From: Ostreococcus lucimarinus
Taxonomy: Eukaryota
NCBI GenBank assembly: GCA_000092065.1
Contig: CP000581.1
Reading direction: 5' to 3' (one strand)
Length of the DNA: 64,000 nucleotides
Shown: positions 41,540 through 51,502 of the stretch, piece by piece
How the letters are laid out: every line of letters starts with the position of its first letter
Position numbering within the stretch: the stretch's first letter is position 1
Position numbers and translations under genes: made by a program
The notes under the pieces: model-generated
The model's input: only the letters and a program-made list of their open reading frames with translations
Database searches by the model: none
Told to the model about the DNA's origin: nothing

Positions 41540-42344
41540 ATGAGCGACGACGAGCACGACGTGGAAACGTTCGAATCCGCCGATGCGGGCGCCTCGCACA
41601 CCGTGCCCATGCAGGCCGGGTCCGTGCGCAAGGGCGGCTTCATGGTGCGCCGACGACGCGCGACCGAGGACGCGACCCGATGCGCGATCGCGCGACGGCG
41701 GGGGGGGCGACGGGCGCGGCGAAGCGCGCGCGCGAGCGACGCGAGGCAGAGCGATGGGAAAGAAATGCGCGCGCGCGATAGGGGGAGGCGCGGGCGAGGC
41801 GCGCGCGCGGTGGGGCGAGGGAGGCGACTTCGCGACTTCGCGACTTGGGGTTTATCGCGGGGTAACCCTGTTTGGACGCGCGCGGGGCGGCGCGAACGCG
41901 AGCGCGATGGACGACGACTGACGATGCGCCGGGCGCGATGTTGAATGATAGGTGATTAAGGGTCGCCCGACCAAGGTGATCGAGGTCACGACGTCGAAGA
42001 CGGGGAAGCACGGGCACGCGAAGTGCCACTTCACCGCGCTCGATATTTTCACCAACAAAAAGGTTGAAGAACTCGTGCCGTCTTCGCACAACCTTGAAGT
42101 GCCGATCGTGAACCGGGTAGAATACACTTTGTTGGATATTGATGAGGATGACCACATGTCTCTCATGGATGATAAGGGAGACACGCGTGAAGACTTGAAG
42201 CTTCCGGGGGGACACGCGGAGGCGGAAAAGTTAGCCGAGGATTTGCGCACCGCGTTCGACGACGGCAAGGAAGTGCAAGTGACGATTTTGTGCTCCATGG
42301 GTATCGAACAAGCTCACGCGATTAAGGAAGTGAACAACTCTTAA
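41540..42344 (+). CDS. EIF5A: Translation initiation factor eIF-5A, two exons 41540..41644 and 41952..42344.
   Basis: Exon 1 (MSDDEHDVETFESADAGASHTVPMQAGSVRKGGFM) joins through a 307-nt GTGCGC..GATAG intron to exon 2 (VIKGRPTKVIEVTTSKTGKHGHAKCHF...), which carries the hypusine site GKHGHAK. The join reproduces RKNGFVVLKGRPCKIVEM from human eIF5A. Confidence 0.9.
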
Positions 42345-42732
42345 ACTCGAATGAGTTAGATGATTTCTAAGGAAACGTTGAAGTAGAAGAGCTGGAGACG
42401 GCGGCTTCGGCGTCGCGTGGCGACGGTCGCTTTCACTTTCGCTTTCGCGTCGCGAGACCGCTCGTCACCGCATCTTTACAACCCTCACATAAACCGTTGT
42501 CAGTACAAAAAATTCTGAGTATTATCATCAAAGCGCGCACGCCACGACTGCCCCGCGGCGGTAGATTGTTTCCTCGAACGCCTCGTCGAGCCGCCGGCGA
42601 CGCGGCCCGCACAACGCGTCCGACCCTTCGACGCGGCCGCGCGCCTCGAGAGCATCATGATAATGTTTGCATCGACGCCGACCGCCCCCGGCGAGTCGCA
42701 GGCGTGTTAGAGCGTCACAAACGTCGACGTAA

Positions 42733-45700
42733 ATGTCTCCACGGGCGCGGCATTTCCGTTTCAAGCGCCGCGCACGAGCCGTGCGATGCGCGCTCGTCGC
42801 GCTCTGCGCCGCCCTCGCCGGCGCGGTCGTCACCGCGACGTTCGATGTGCTCGGATGTCACGATAACGGCGTCGTCGGCACGATCGTCGGCGCGGGCGTC
42901 GAAGGAATGCGTGACGGACGGTTTGAAAAGAGTTTTCTGCGCGCGCCCGCCGGCGCGGCGTGCAACGCGACGGTGTGCTACGTCACAGAGAGTGGGAATA
43001 ACGCGGTGAAAACCATCAATATAGCGAAGAGTGAGATGGTGATGTATGCGGGATCGACGGCGGGCACGGCGGGGTCGACGGACGGAAAGGCGAAGGCGTG
43101 CGCGGAGAAAGGCGAGACGCAGGCGTTGTTTAAACAGCCGGCGAGCGTCGTGCTCGTGTCGCAGTCGAGCTCGTATTACGCGGCGGGAGATGTGCTGGTG
43201 GTGGATAGCGGTAATAACGCCATCAGGCGAGTGTCGGGGGATGACGTGAGCACGTTGATCACGGGACTGGCATTTGCACCGACGGCGATGGTATTCGACG
43301 AGAGCGACGGGGCGATTTATTTTCTAGGATCGTCGCAGAATCATGTGTCCAAGATAGCGTACGGGTCTGGGACGGTGTCAACGTACGCGGGCAGTCAAGG
43401 GACGTCGGGACTCGTCGACAACGTCACTCCCTCGAGCGCACGCTTCAACGCTCCTGAAGGCTTGGCGCTGGATGGCGCGAATCGCATATTATACGTAGCA
43501 GACACCGGAAACCACGCCGTTAGGGCGATCGACTTATCCACCGGAGCGGTAACGACAGTACTGGGCGATGGGACGATTTCTGCAAGCGGTGCGGTACTCG
43601 ATTCTGACGGTATACTTTCCACCCCAGCACGCTTCAACTACCCGGCGGGGATCGCGTATAACCTCGATTCCAGCCTCAGCAGCGGTGTTCTATTAGTCAC
43701 GGATCGGGGAACGCATCAGATTCGTAAAATAATTCTCACGGATGCAACAGCATCGAATGCTGCGACGGTGGTGACGGTGGCCGGAAGCTACACCGGAACC
43801 TCTGGTTTCCGAGACAGTACCGTGGGAAGCGCGGCGTTGCTAAACAAGCCGGTGTCCATTTCATACGTCAGCGGTTCAACATACGTGGTTGTCGACCAAG
43901 ACAATCACGCAATTAGAAAAGTCAGTTTAGAGGCACCGGTACAGATCACGTTCACGATGCAATCGGTGGCGGATATCGAGAAGACGGAACAAAGTCATGA
44001 TTTGGTGATAGAGGAGTACGGCTCGTATTCTGTCAACGGACCTCCGTACAATGAGACTACGCACTTCTCGGGTGTTTTGACGTATTTTGGCGAGATACAC
44101 GAGCTCGTCATGTGCGCTTATCCATCGGTTGAATACTTTGTGAAATTCGAAGGCGCCATGCAAGCCACGGTCAAGGATGCGAGTTATTTGTACTTCGGGT
44201 ACACGGGCGCGACGGTGGATAACAGCTTGGCACGCACCTTTCGGATTCGTGGACCGGGATGCACGGACGCTTCGGCGCCTAATTATAATCCGTTCGCCAC
44301 GAGTGATGACGGTTCGTGCGTGAGTGGGGTACAACTTCGCTTCACCGTCGGAGCGTACGGCGTCATAGATCATGCTGTTTACGAATTCGAAGGACCAGGA
44401 TTTTACATCTCAGACTCTTTCGAAAGCGGAAGTGGGGAAGCTCATTACGAACAATCGATAGATTTCGACTTCATGGCATATCCAGGAGCGGTGTACATTG
44501 CAACTTTTTACGGTGCACTGAATGCTTCGTTAACCACCGTGTCCGGCCAGTCGGGCTTGGGAGCGACGTTGATCACATACTGGACCTACACGTCGAGTCA
44601 AGCCAGCGACCAGAGTGTGCAGCGAGCTCGGGTCATTGGGCCAGGGTGCATCGACCCATCGTATCCATCGTATGATCAGTATGCTTTGGCCTCGGACGAA
44701 GTGAATGCATGTACCTTTGCGAGCACCATGCGCGTCGTTCTCAACGCCAGCGCGTCGGCAGAGTCGTGGTACGATTTTGGCTCCATCGTAGGCACCTCGG
44801 ACCAAGTCGCTTCGGTCGATGGGATCTCATTGGACAACGCTACGGATCAATTTGTTTTGGATATGTCGGTAACTCCCGGCGTGTACGAGTTTGAATCGTA
44901 CGGAGATGTTTCGGGGGCAATTCAACAATATGACTCTGGTTCTTACACGAACCTTCGCACTTGGCTCGGCACTGATAGTTCACTCAGAACCGATTCATAC
45001 GGATTTTCAACCACAACAGACTCAGAACGTATCACAGTCTCGTTCCCGTTCACGTTTTCACTGAATATCGGCGCGAACGGTGTGGTGGGATATGCTGGTG
45101 GTGTACTCGTTGGCGATGACGGTACGTCAAGCGTGACCTTCGTCGAAGGTTCGGTTCCGGCGCTAGCCACCATTACATCGACGTTTACACAAGTCGCATC
45201 GTCGACCTCGATAAAGAATTCTTTATGGTACACGTCGAACACTAATATTCTTGGCGTGTCAACGTACGTCATGGCACTCACGCCCACTGGATACCAGCTA
45301 GCCGTCTCTGCTGCGCTTTCGCTAAAGTATGACAAAACTGGAGTGCCGTCGCAAGAAGGTAACGAAAATATAGTCCTTTTCAAGGCTTCAGACAGCACAA
45401 TGCAAGATGCTATCACTTTGTATGGTGCTACTTTCGACGCCGCAAACGGCATCGCCTCGGCAACGATTGATTCCATGGGTACTTACGGCGTCGCGTTTAG
45501 AGCAACGGTGAGAAGTATCTCGCCGCCGCGTGGCTGGCTCGACGGAGACGTCACGGTGACGTTGGATGGTGTCGACTTTTCGTCGCTGAGTACCGTAAAT
45601 ACGGTAACAACGTATCAAAAGTGTCGATGGGGTGAGACCTTCACAGTCGCAACCACTGTAGCTTCGAGTGATACTCGATCACAGCTTTCAGGCTCGGACA

Positions 45701-47760
45701 GCACCATCCTGGGTACGAAGATAAATGCCGTGTCCTGCCAGTCACCGGTGGTGGCATACGCTGGATTTACTATCGTAGAGTTCCATGACTCACGGAATGG
45801 CATGTCGAGTGACACCAGATTTGTTTACTTACAAACCGCATCTCCACAAGTTCGAGCTGTCGTCCCGCCAGAAGGCGTCTCGTCTGGTGGAACCGTCGTC
45901 TCGTTATCCGGTTCATTTCTCAGAGCTGGCGCCGTGGCGTCTGATTGGGAAAAATACGATCTAGACACCACATTCTTCGCAAATAGCGGACCAACCACAG
46001 TATCTTGCGTCTTTGGCTCAACAACGTCGAGTGGCATCGCCGTGTCTTCTGCGTTCGCTCGATGTGAGAGTCCGCCGTCGACCACGACTGCGTCGAAGAC
46101 GTTGCGTGTTGGTGATTTATCCCATCAAGTGGCTGGATATGGCGTCTACACGTACGTTACTGATTTCGATGCCGGCATCACAACGTCAGCGTATGAAGAT
46201 CATAGCGGAGACAGCTCGTTTACCGATGGTGGAGTCGTGGTGGACTTGTACGCTGCGACAGGATCTCTCACAAAACAGCGCAACTCCTTCTACGACTGGA
46301 GGTGCTTGTTTGGCACCGTCAGCGTGGCGGCGAGACGCAAACCTTACGGCGACTTGAGCTGTGTTTCTACATCGATAGCTAGAGGAACAACTGTGGACGT
46401 GCGACTGGTGGGTCCTCTCGGGGAACACTCTCTTTTGCTCGGTAACATCACCGCCGCTACGATTGCGAGTACGTACGTCGACTCGATTGTAACTCTTCCA
46501 GGAACTCCAAAGATAGTGGAAACGATCACTATCATCGAGAGAGCGATATCTCCGCCAGTCTGGGAGCCTCTGAAGTGGGTTAGCACCGCTCACGCACTCG
46601 TTGCGACACCAGGCGGAAGTTGGTCTGGTACAAGTCAAGGATACGGCCATGGTACGTATGGCGTCGCAAATTGTACCTTCACCACGGATGCGGGCGTCGT
46701 CACGACGAGGGTAGCGAACATCATATCGTCTGCGCTCGTGGTATGCGAGGCGCCTATCACTGCGGCGGAAGAATGGTATTCACTTACTATTACGAGCAAC
46801 GGTGTATCATCTGGATCCCCAAGGACGTCGCTCAAGGCTTGGTACGAACCTGTGACTCGATCGGGGAGCTACTCGCTCGGCGACGTCGTCGACGCGTGGC
46901 TGCCTTCGGCAACCGCCGGCGGAGTCGTTATTCGACCGTATTTCTTACCCTCAAGCGCCTCATCAGTTTCTACGCTGTGTTATTTCGGCGTTTCTATAGA
47001 TCCAGTGGCGTACTCATCCAGCGTGTGCACCGTTCCCAGGTCGCTCTCTCCAGGCTTCGTCGCCATCACTTTGGGCGTCGCCTCGGTCGGACCAAGTTTT
47101 GCGCATCAGATCGAGATTCTTGAGCCCGTGCACGCGAGCATGGTTTTACCGAGATTCGTCGACGCTAACGGTGGATCGATCGTGGACATTATGGGTAGAG
47201 ATTTATACTCCGGACCTGGCGCGATGCTCATATACTGTGCGTACAAGGATTCTTCAACGATAATCGAAGCCGTCTTCGTCTCGTCGGGGCTGTTGAAGTG
47301 CGAGACGGGGCTCAGCAGCAACACCATCTACCGCGATCAGAAAGATTTGGGAATCGGTCGATACGGTGACTTCTACGGTACCGAGCCGATCGAACTTTCG
47401 TTGTCACCGGGAAAGGGTACTATAGCTCTTGCAGCGAACGTGTTCGGCTTGCAAACTCTGCTGACGCCCACGGTGACGGCGGTTTCCCCCGTCGCGTCGT
47501 CGGCGCAAGGCGGCGCCATCTTCGCCGTGACTGGTACACAATTCGCCTCGCAAACTGGCTATGCGAATTGCGTCTTTGGCAACGTCTTCGTGGCGGCCAT
47601 GGTCTACAACTCCACGTACGCCGATTGCGTGGTGCCATCGCTGTATCCGATGCGAACGTACGACGTCTCCTTCGCCGTGACGGGTTCGGCCGGGCAGCGC
47701 GAGTTGGACGTAGGATTCGCCTACGCCAACGGCACCGCGCTCGCATTCAGCGCATACTAG
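42733..47760 (+). CDS. Large, 1675-aa signal-peptide protein with an N-terminal NHL-repeat beta-propeller followed by a long Ser/Thr/Gly-rich region containing IPT/TIG-like domains.
   Basis: The N-terminus MSPRARHFRFKRRARAVRCALVALCAALAGAVV is basic then hydrophobic. NHL-type repeats are DSGNNAIRRVSGD, ADTGNHAVRAIDLSTG, TDRGTHQIRKI and DQDNHAIRKVS. The C-terminal half has repeated Ig-like fold signatures, for example ISPPRGWLDGDVTVTLDGVDFSS and VSPVASSAQGGAIFAVTGTQFAS. It is one uninterrupted ORF. Confidence 0.7.
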   Translation: MSPRARHFRFKRRARAVRCALVALCAALAGAVVTATFDVLGCHDNGVVGTIVGAGVEGMRDGRFEKSFLRAPAGAACNATVCYVTESGNNAVKTINIAKSEMVMYAGSTAGTAGSTDGKAKACAEKGETQALFKQPASVVLVSQSSSYYAAGDVLVVDSGNNAIRRVSGDDVSTLITGLAFAPTAMVFDESDGAIYFLGSSQNHVSKIAYGSGTVSTYAGSQGTSGLVDNVTPSSARFNAPEGLALDGANRILYVADTGNHAVRAIDLSTGAVTTVLGDGTISASGAVLDSDGILSTPARFNYPAGIAYNLDSSLSSGVLLVTDRGTHQIRKIILTDATASNAATVVTVAGSYTGTSGFRDSTVGSAALLNKPVSISYVSGSTYVVVDQDNHAIRKVSLEAPVQITFTMQSVADIEKTEQSHDLVIEEYGSYSVNGPPYNETTHFSGVLTYFGEIHELVMCAYPSVEYFVKFEGAMQATVKDASYLYFGYTGATVDNSLARTFRIRGPGCTDASAPNYNPFATSDDGSCVSGVQLRFTVGAYGVIDHAVYEFEGPGFYISDSFESGSGEAHYEQSIDFDFMAYPGAVYIATFYGALNASLTTVSGQSGLGATLITYWTYTSSQASDQSVQRARVIGPGCIDPSYPSYDQYALASDEVNACTFASTMRVVLNASASAESWYDFGSIVGTSDQVASVDGISLDNATDQFVLDMSVTPGVYEFESYGDVSGAIQQYDSGSYTNLRTWLGTDSSLRTDSYGFSTTTDSERITVSFPFTFSLNIGANGVVGYAGGVLVGDDGTSSVTFVEGSVPALATITSTFTQVASSTSIKNSLWYTSNTNILGVSTYVMALTPTGYQLAVSAALSLKYDKTGVPSQEGNENIVLFKASDSTMQDAITLYGATFDAANGIASATIDSMGTYGVAFRATVRSISPPRGWLDGDVTVTLDGVDFSSLSTVNTVTTYQKCRWGETFTVATTVASSDTRSQLSGSDSTILGTKINAVSCQSPVVAYAGFTIVEFHDSRNGMSSDTRFVYLQTASPQVRAVVPPEGVSSGGTVVSLSGSFLRAGAVASDWEKYDLDTTFFANSGPTTVSCVFGSTTSSGIAVSSAFARCESPPSTTTASKTLRVGDLSHQVAGYGVYTYVTDFDAGITTSAYEDHSGDSSFTDGGVVVDLYAATGSLTKQRNSFYDWRCLFGTVSVAARRKPYGDLSCVSTSIARGTTVDVRLVGPLGEHSLLLGNITAATIASTYVDSIVTLPGTPKIVETITIIERAISPPVWEPLKWVSTAHALVATPGGSWSGTSQGYGHGTYGVANCTFTTDAGVVTTRVANIISSALVVCEAPITAAEEWYSLTITSNGVSSGSPRTSLKAWYEPVTRSGSYSLGDVVDAWLPSATAGGVVIRPYFLPSSASSVSTLCYFGVSIDPVAYSSSVCTVPRSLSPGFVAITLGVASVGPSFAHQIEILEPVHASMVLPRFVDANGGSIVDIMGRDLYSGPGAMLIYCAYKDSSTIIEAVFVSSGLLKCETGLSSNTIYRDQKDLGIGRYGDFYGTEPIELSLSPGKGTIALAANVFGLQTLLTPTVTAVSPVASSAQGGAIFAVTGTQFASQTGYANCVFGNVFVAAMVYNSTYADCVVPSLYPMRTYDVSFAVTGSAGQRELDVGFAYANGTALAFSAY

Positions 47761-47935
47761 AAAAAAAGTCATTTGTAGCATTAGCTTTTCGCATTCGTCG
47801 CGTCCGCGCGCGAATGCGTTGTAACTTTACATTAGAGCCGCTCGCTCGTCCCGTCGCGCCGAGGGGAAGCTCCACGGTGCGTTCGAACCCGCGTCACTTC
47901 CCGCGCGCCAGTTTCGAGTTCACGCGACGCGAACC

Positions 47936-48488
47936 ATGGCGAATGCGATGCAAAACATCTGCGCCAACTTCGATCAAGTGGGCAAGGTGCGCATCGCGCG
48001 ACAGCGCGCGCTACTCGACGTCGACGATTATGATTGCACTTTAATCGCCAAGAGAGATTACCGCGCCGTACGCGCTCGACTGACGCCTTCGCGATGGCTC
48101 TCGCGCGCAGGCTTTCGCGGAACACTACTATAACACCTTTGACACCGACCGATCGCAGCTCGGCCCGCTTTACAACGACACGTACTCGATGCTAAACTTT
48201 GAGCACAGCGTCGATCGCCCGGGACAATTCAAGGGCAGCGCCGCGATTGTCGAAAAACTCCGAACGTTACCGTTTCAACAGGTGAAGCACCAAGTGGTGA
48301 CGTTGGACACGCAACCATCGCCGAACGGTGGGGTGGTCGTGATGGTGTGCGGGAACTTGCTCATCGACAGCGAACAACAGCCGCAAAAGTTTTCCCAGTG
48401 CTTTCAACTCATGCCCACCGAAGCCGCCGGGCTCGCCCCCGGCAGCTACTTCATCTTCAACGACGTGTTTAGACTGAATATTGGATGA
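47936..48488 (+). CDS. NTF2: Nuclear transport factor 2, two exons 47936..47977 and 48111..48488.
   Basis: Exon 2 (AFAEHYYNTFDTDRSQLGPLYNDTYSMLNFEH...KFSQCFQLMP...YFIFNDVFRLNIG) aligns to plant NTF2 (AFVEHYYSTFDTNR...KFSQMFHLMP...FYVFNDIFRLNYA). Exon 1 (MANAMQNICANFDQ) joins through a 133-nt GTGGGC..GCGCAG intron. The start could be the second ATG at 47948. Confidence 0.8.
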
Positions 48489-48567
48489 TCATCGATGATT
48501 CCTATATTTTAGACTAGCTCGCTATTGCAACAAAACCGCGACTCCGCGCGCGTTCGACCCGTCGTCG

Positions 48568-49092
48568 TCACACCGCCGTCTTTCCCGACAGGCACAAATC
48601 AACCTTCTCCAGCAAATTCCCATTCTCCAGCGCCGCCGCCACGCGTTCCTTATCGTTCAACTGTTTATTCACCGCCCTCTCGCTCGCGTGCGTTCCCGGC
48701 GCGATCACCACGTCCACCTTGAACCTCCTCGGCAGCGTCCGCAGCAGCTTCACGCGAATGCTCAGCCCGATGAGCGTCGCCATCGAGCAGTGCGGCACCG
48801 TCGGCGTGAACTCCACCCGCACCCGATTCCGCGCGTCATCGCACTCGATCGCGCTCGCGCCGACGACGTTCAGCCGTTCGAGCGAGTACGGGTGCTCGGG
48901 GTCGTTGATGTCCCGCACGTGGTCAAAGATTTCGAGCGCGTCGACGGCGTCGCGCGTCGTTTCGTCGCCCTCTCGCGCCGCGCGCGCGTCGCGCGCCGAC
49001 GCGCGGTCGCGCGCGCGCGCGTAGACGATCGGTTCGGGGTTTATGAAGCCACCGCGCGCGTCGTCGTCGTCGTCGTCGGCGTCGGCGCGCAT
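48568..49092 (-). CDS. CIA2: MIP18/CIA2/FAM96 cytosolic Fe-S assembly protein (DUF59).
   Basis: [24 protein letters not shown]...[22 protein letters not shown]...[16 protein letters not shown] is the MIP18-family signature. I trimmed the start to the Met at 49092 ([10 protein letters not shown]...); the ORF extends to 49749. Confidence 0.85.
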   Translation of the reverse strand: MRADADDDDDDARGGFINPEPIVYARARDRASARDARAAREGDETTRDAVDALEIFDHVRDINDPEHPYSLERLNVVGASAIECDDARNRVRVEFTPTVPHCSMATLIGLSIRVKLLRTLPRRFKVDVVIAPGTHASERAVNKQLNDKERVAAALENGNLLEKVDLCLSGKTAV

Positions 49093-49153
49093 CGTCGAAC
49101 GCCAATCGAATCGAACGCGCGACAGTGACGACAGACGGCGACGCGACGCGCGG

Positions 49154-49299
49154 ATGACGACGACGACGGCGACGGCGCGCGCGGCGACGACGGCGACGAC
49201 GGCGCGCGCGGCGACGACGGCGCGAGGCCGCGCGCGGCGCGCGAGGACGACGCGCGCGGCGCGGTGCGACGGCGACGGCGACGGCGAGGACGACGCGCG

Positions 49300-49330
<31 letters not shown>

Positions 49331-50038
49331 CGAAAGGCGCGCGGAGGGGAAGCGCGCGCGATGGTGGTCGGCGCGAACGACGCGGACGATGGACGGCGAG
49401 GTCGGCGCGAGGTGCTGCGCGCGCTCGCGGTCGGGGCGAGCGCGAACGCGGCGGCGGGGTTGGCGAGGGACGACGCGGGCGAGGCGAGAGCGGACGCGGG
49501 CGAGGAGGGAAAGCGCGGGTTGACGCGATACGTGGATTCGAAAAAAATGTTTGAGTTGGGATACCCGTCGAGTTGGGCGGTGGCGAGCAAGCCCGGGGCG
49601 GAGGTGTTGTTTAAGAACCCGGAGGCGAAGTATAGCAACATCGGCGTCACGGTTTCGCCGGTGACGATTGATTCGCTCGGTAAGTTTGGGAGCTTGAGTG
49701 AGATTGGAGAGAAACTGGCGCAGGCGGAGAGTAAGAAAGAAAGCACCATACCGGGCGGGGTGAGCGTGTTGAGTGAGACGGAGCGCGTGGGGGCAAAATC
49801 TGGGGCGACGTTTTACGACTACGAGTATCGATTGATCACGACGCACGGGAATAAGCGTATTTTCACTTCGGTGTCCATCGTGGACAGCACGCTGTACATC
49901 TTGAATGCCCAGGTGTACGAAACAGCCGATCCCGAGAATCCAACGGAGGAACAAAAAGCCTTCGACGCCAAAAACATGGATTTGTATAAACAAGTCGGGG
50001 CTACGTTTGACGCGTCTAAAGCCATCTTTTTAGCGTAG
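49154..50038 (+). CDS. Second PsbP-domain protein with a twin-arginine signal.
   Basis: The Ala/Thr/Arg-rich N-terminus carries [23 protein letters not shown] (Tat-like). The PsbP-family core is [18 protein letters not shown]...[27 protein letters not shown]...[37 protein letters not shown]. The start is uncertain: 49154, or 49361 if the upstream portion is untranslated. The track ORF start at 49043 overlaps CIA2. Confidence 0.6.
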
Positions 50039-50092
50039 AGGCCAAATATCTAATATTTATTCATTGAGCACGCGTCGAAACGTTGTCTACTA

Positions 50093-51421
50093 CTACGCTG
50101 TCCACTCCACGAATCCATTCTCTTGATCATACGTCCAGTATTTATGTTTGTCGGTGAAGAGTTGCTTATGATGATCGTAAAACAAATCTGAAGCTTGGCA
50201 ATAGTACATGCCGTCATCAGCTCTCCACGCGTAGCCCTCGGGAACCACGACCGGCTTGCAACACTTCGCGCGAGAAATGAGCTCACTCTTTTCTGCGATA
50301 TTGCCCGCGACGCTCCCACCATGCGCTTGAATGTACGCCTTGAGGTTTTTCACGCTCATTGAAGCGAAGTTTAAGCCGCTAGAGGGCGGCGGATCTTCAA
50401 TCTTCGACGGCTCCACCTTTGCCTTCTTCGCTGCTGGCAACGAAGGCTCGGGTGCGACACCTTCATCGTCGTCGCTATCGGCGAACATGTCTTTACCAGT
50501 GTCTTCCGTCAAAGTCGTCGTCGGCGCGTACAGGTTTGCTGCGCGCTCGAACGCCTCTTTACGAAACGTGTACACTTCGTATTCCCCTTGACCCATTAGT
50601 GCGCTCGAAAGCTCCGTCAGCTTATCAAACACTTTCTTTTCTTCATCACTCATGACTTTAGCGGGCTTGCCTTGATTACCACCGCGTCCACCGCCACCTT
50701 TTTTCGCGTTCCCGCCGAGACGCTTGAGCGCGCCGAGCACTGTTTCCCCTGGGTTCAAATATCCAGCTATTTCGCGCTGCACCACGGCCACCTCGCGCTC
50801 GCTCATCGATGTCGCCCCCTCTTCCTCTTCAAACGCCGCCGTGCTTCGTTTGATCGCGCCGCTCGCTAATCTCTCGTCAACTTTTGCATCTTTTTCTAAC
50901 CACAAATCCGCCTCGTCCTGTTCCTCGGCGTATTCGACGTAATTCCCATCGTCATCGAAGTACCCTTCCTGTCGCTCTTTATCCAAATTGAACGCCATGA
51001 ACTCCGATTCCTTCCCTTCATCGTCTCCCACGAGCGCCTCTTCGGCATCCTTCACGTCGTCGCGCGCGTCGACGTCGTCGGCGTCCCGCACGCCCGCCGC
51101 CCACTCAGACCTCAACAGCGCGCGCGTCTTCGCCGCCCCGCTCGCCTTTCTCGCCATCGCGGCGTCGTCTTCGTCGTCATCTTCCGCGAAAGACACCACT
51201 TTTTTACCGTCCCGCGCGTCTTTCGGTGCGTCGTCGTCGCTATCGCCGCCGCCGCTCGGTAAAACGGTCGCGCGCGGGACGTCGGATTTCGACTTTGCTT
51301 TTTGGCCCTCCTCGAGGACGCGGGCGACGAGCTCGGCGGTGGATCCGGGCTCGTGCGTCGCGATGGCGTCCTCATCGTCGGAGTCGACATCGTCGAACGC
51401 GGGACGCTTCTCGCGACGCAT
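50093..51421 (-). CDS. CD2BP2: CD2BP2/Lin1-like protein (U5 snRNP 52K-like) with a GYF-like C-terminus.
   Basis: The acidic N-terminus contains FMAFNLDKERQEGYFDDDGNYVEY, which matches the CD2BP2 motif TPFNLQEEMEEGHFDADGNYF. A SAP-like helix-loop-helix reads LNFASMSVKNLKAYIQAHGGSVAGNIAEKSELI. The C-terminal stretch GYAWRADDGMYYCQASDLFY is GYF-like. Confidence 0.55.
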   Translation of the reverse strand: MRREKRPAFDDVDSDDEDAIATHEPGSTAELVARVLEEGQKAKSKSDVPRATVLPSGGGDSDDDAPKDARDGKKVVSFAEDDDEDDAAMARKASGAAKTRALLRSEWAAGVRDADDVDARDDVKDAEEALVGDDEGKESEFMAFNLDKERQEGYFDDDGNYVEYAEEQDEADLWLEKDAKVDERLASGAIKRSTAAFEEEEGATSMSEREVAVVQREIAGYLNPGETVLGALKRLGGNAKKGGGGRGGNQGKPAKVMSDEEKKVFDKLTELSSALMGQGEYEVYTFRKEAFERAANLYAPTTTLTEDTGKDMFADSDDDEGVAPEPSLPAAKKAKVEPSKIEDPPPSSGLNFASMSVKNLKAYIQAHGGSVAGNIAEKSELISRAKCCKPVVVPEGYAWRADDGMYYCQASDLFYDHHKQLFTDKHKYWTYDQENGFVEWTA

Positions 51422-51502
51422 CGTCAGTGGGGGACGTGAGAGCGAATGTGAGGCGAAGTTGCGCAGGCGTTGCTACAAAGTTGCCGACTCCGGAGTGCTG
51501 TA

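Noticed and set aside
40320-41543. 364-aa minus and 384-aa plus ORFs overlapping NAXE.
   Set aside because: They are in different frames from, or antisense to, the YjeF-N gene, and are Arg/Gly/Ala-rich with no motif.
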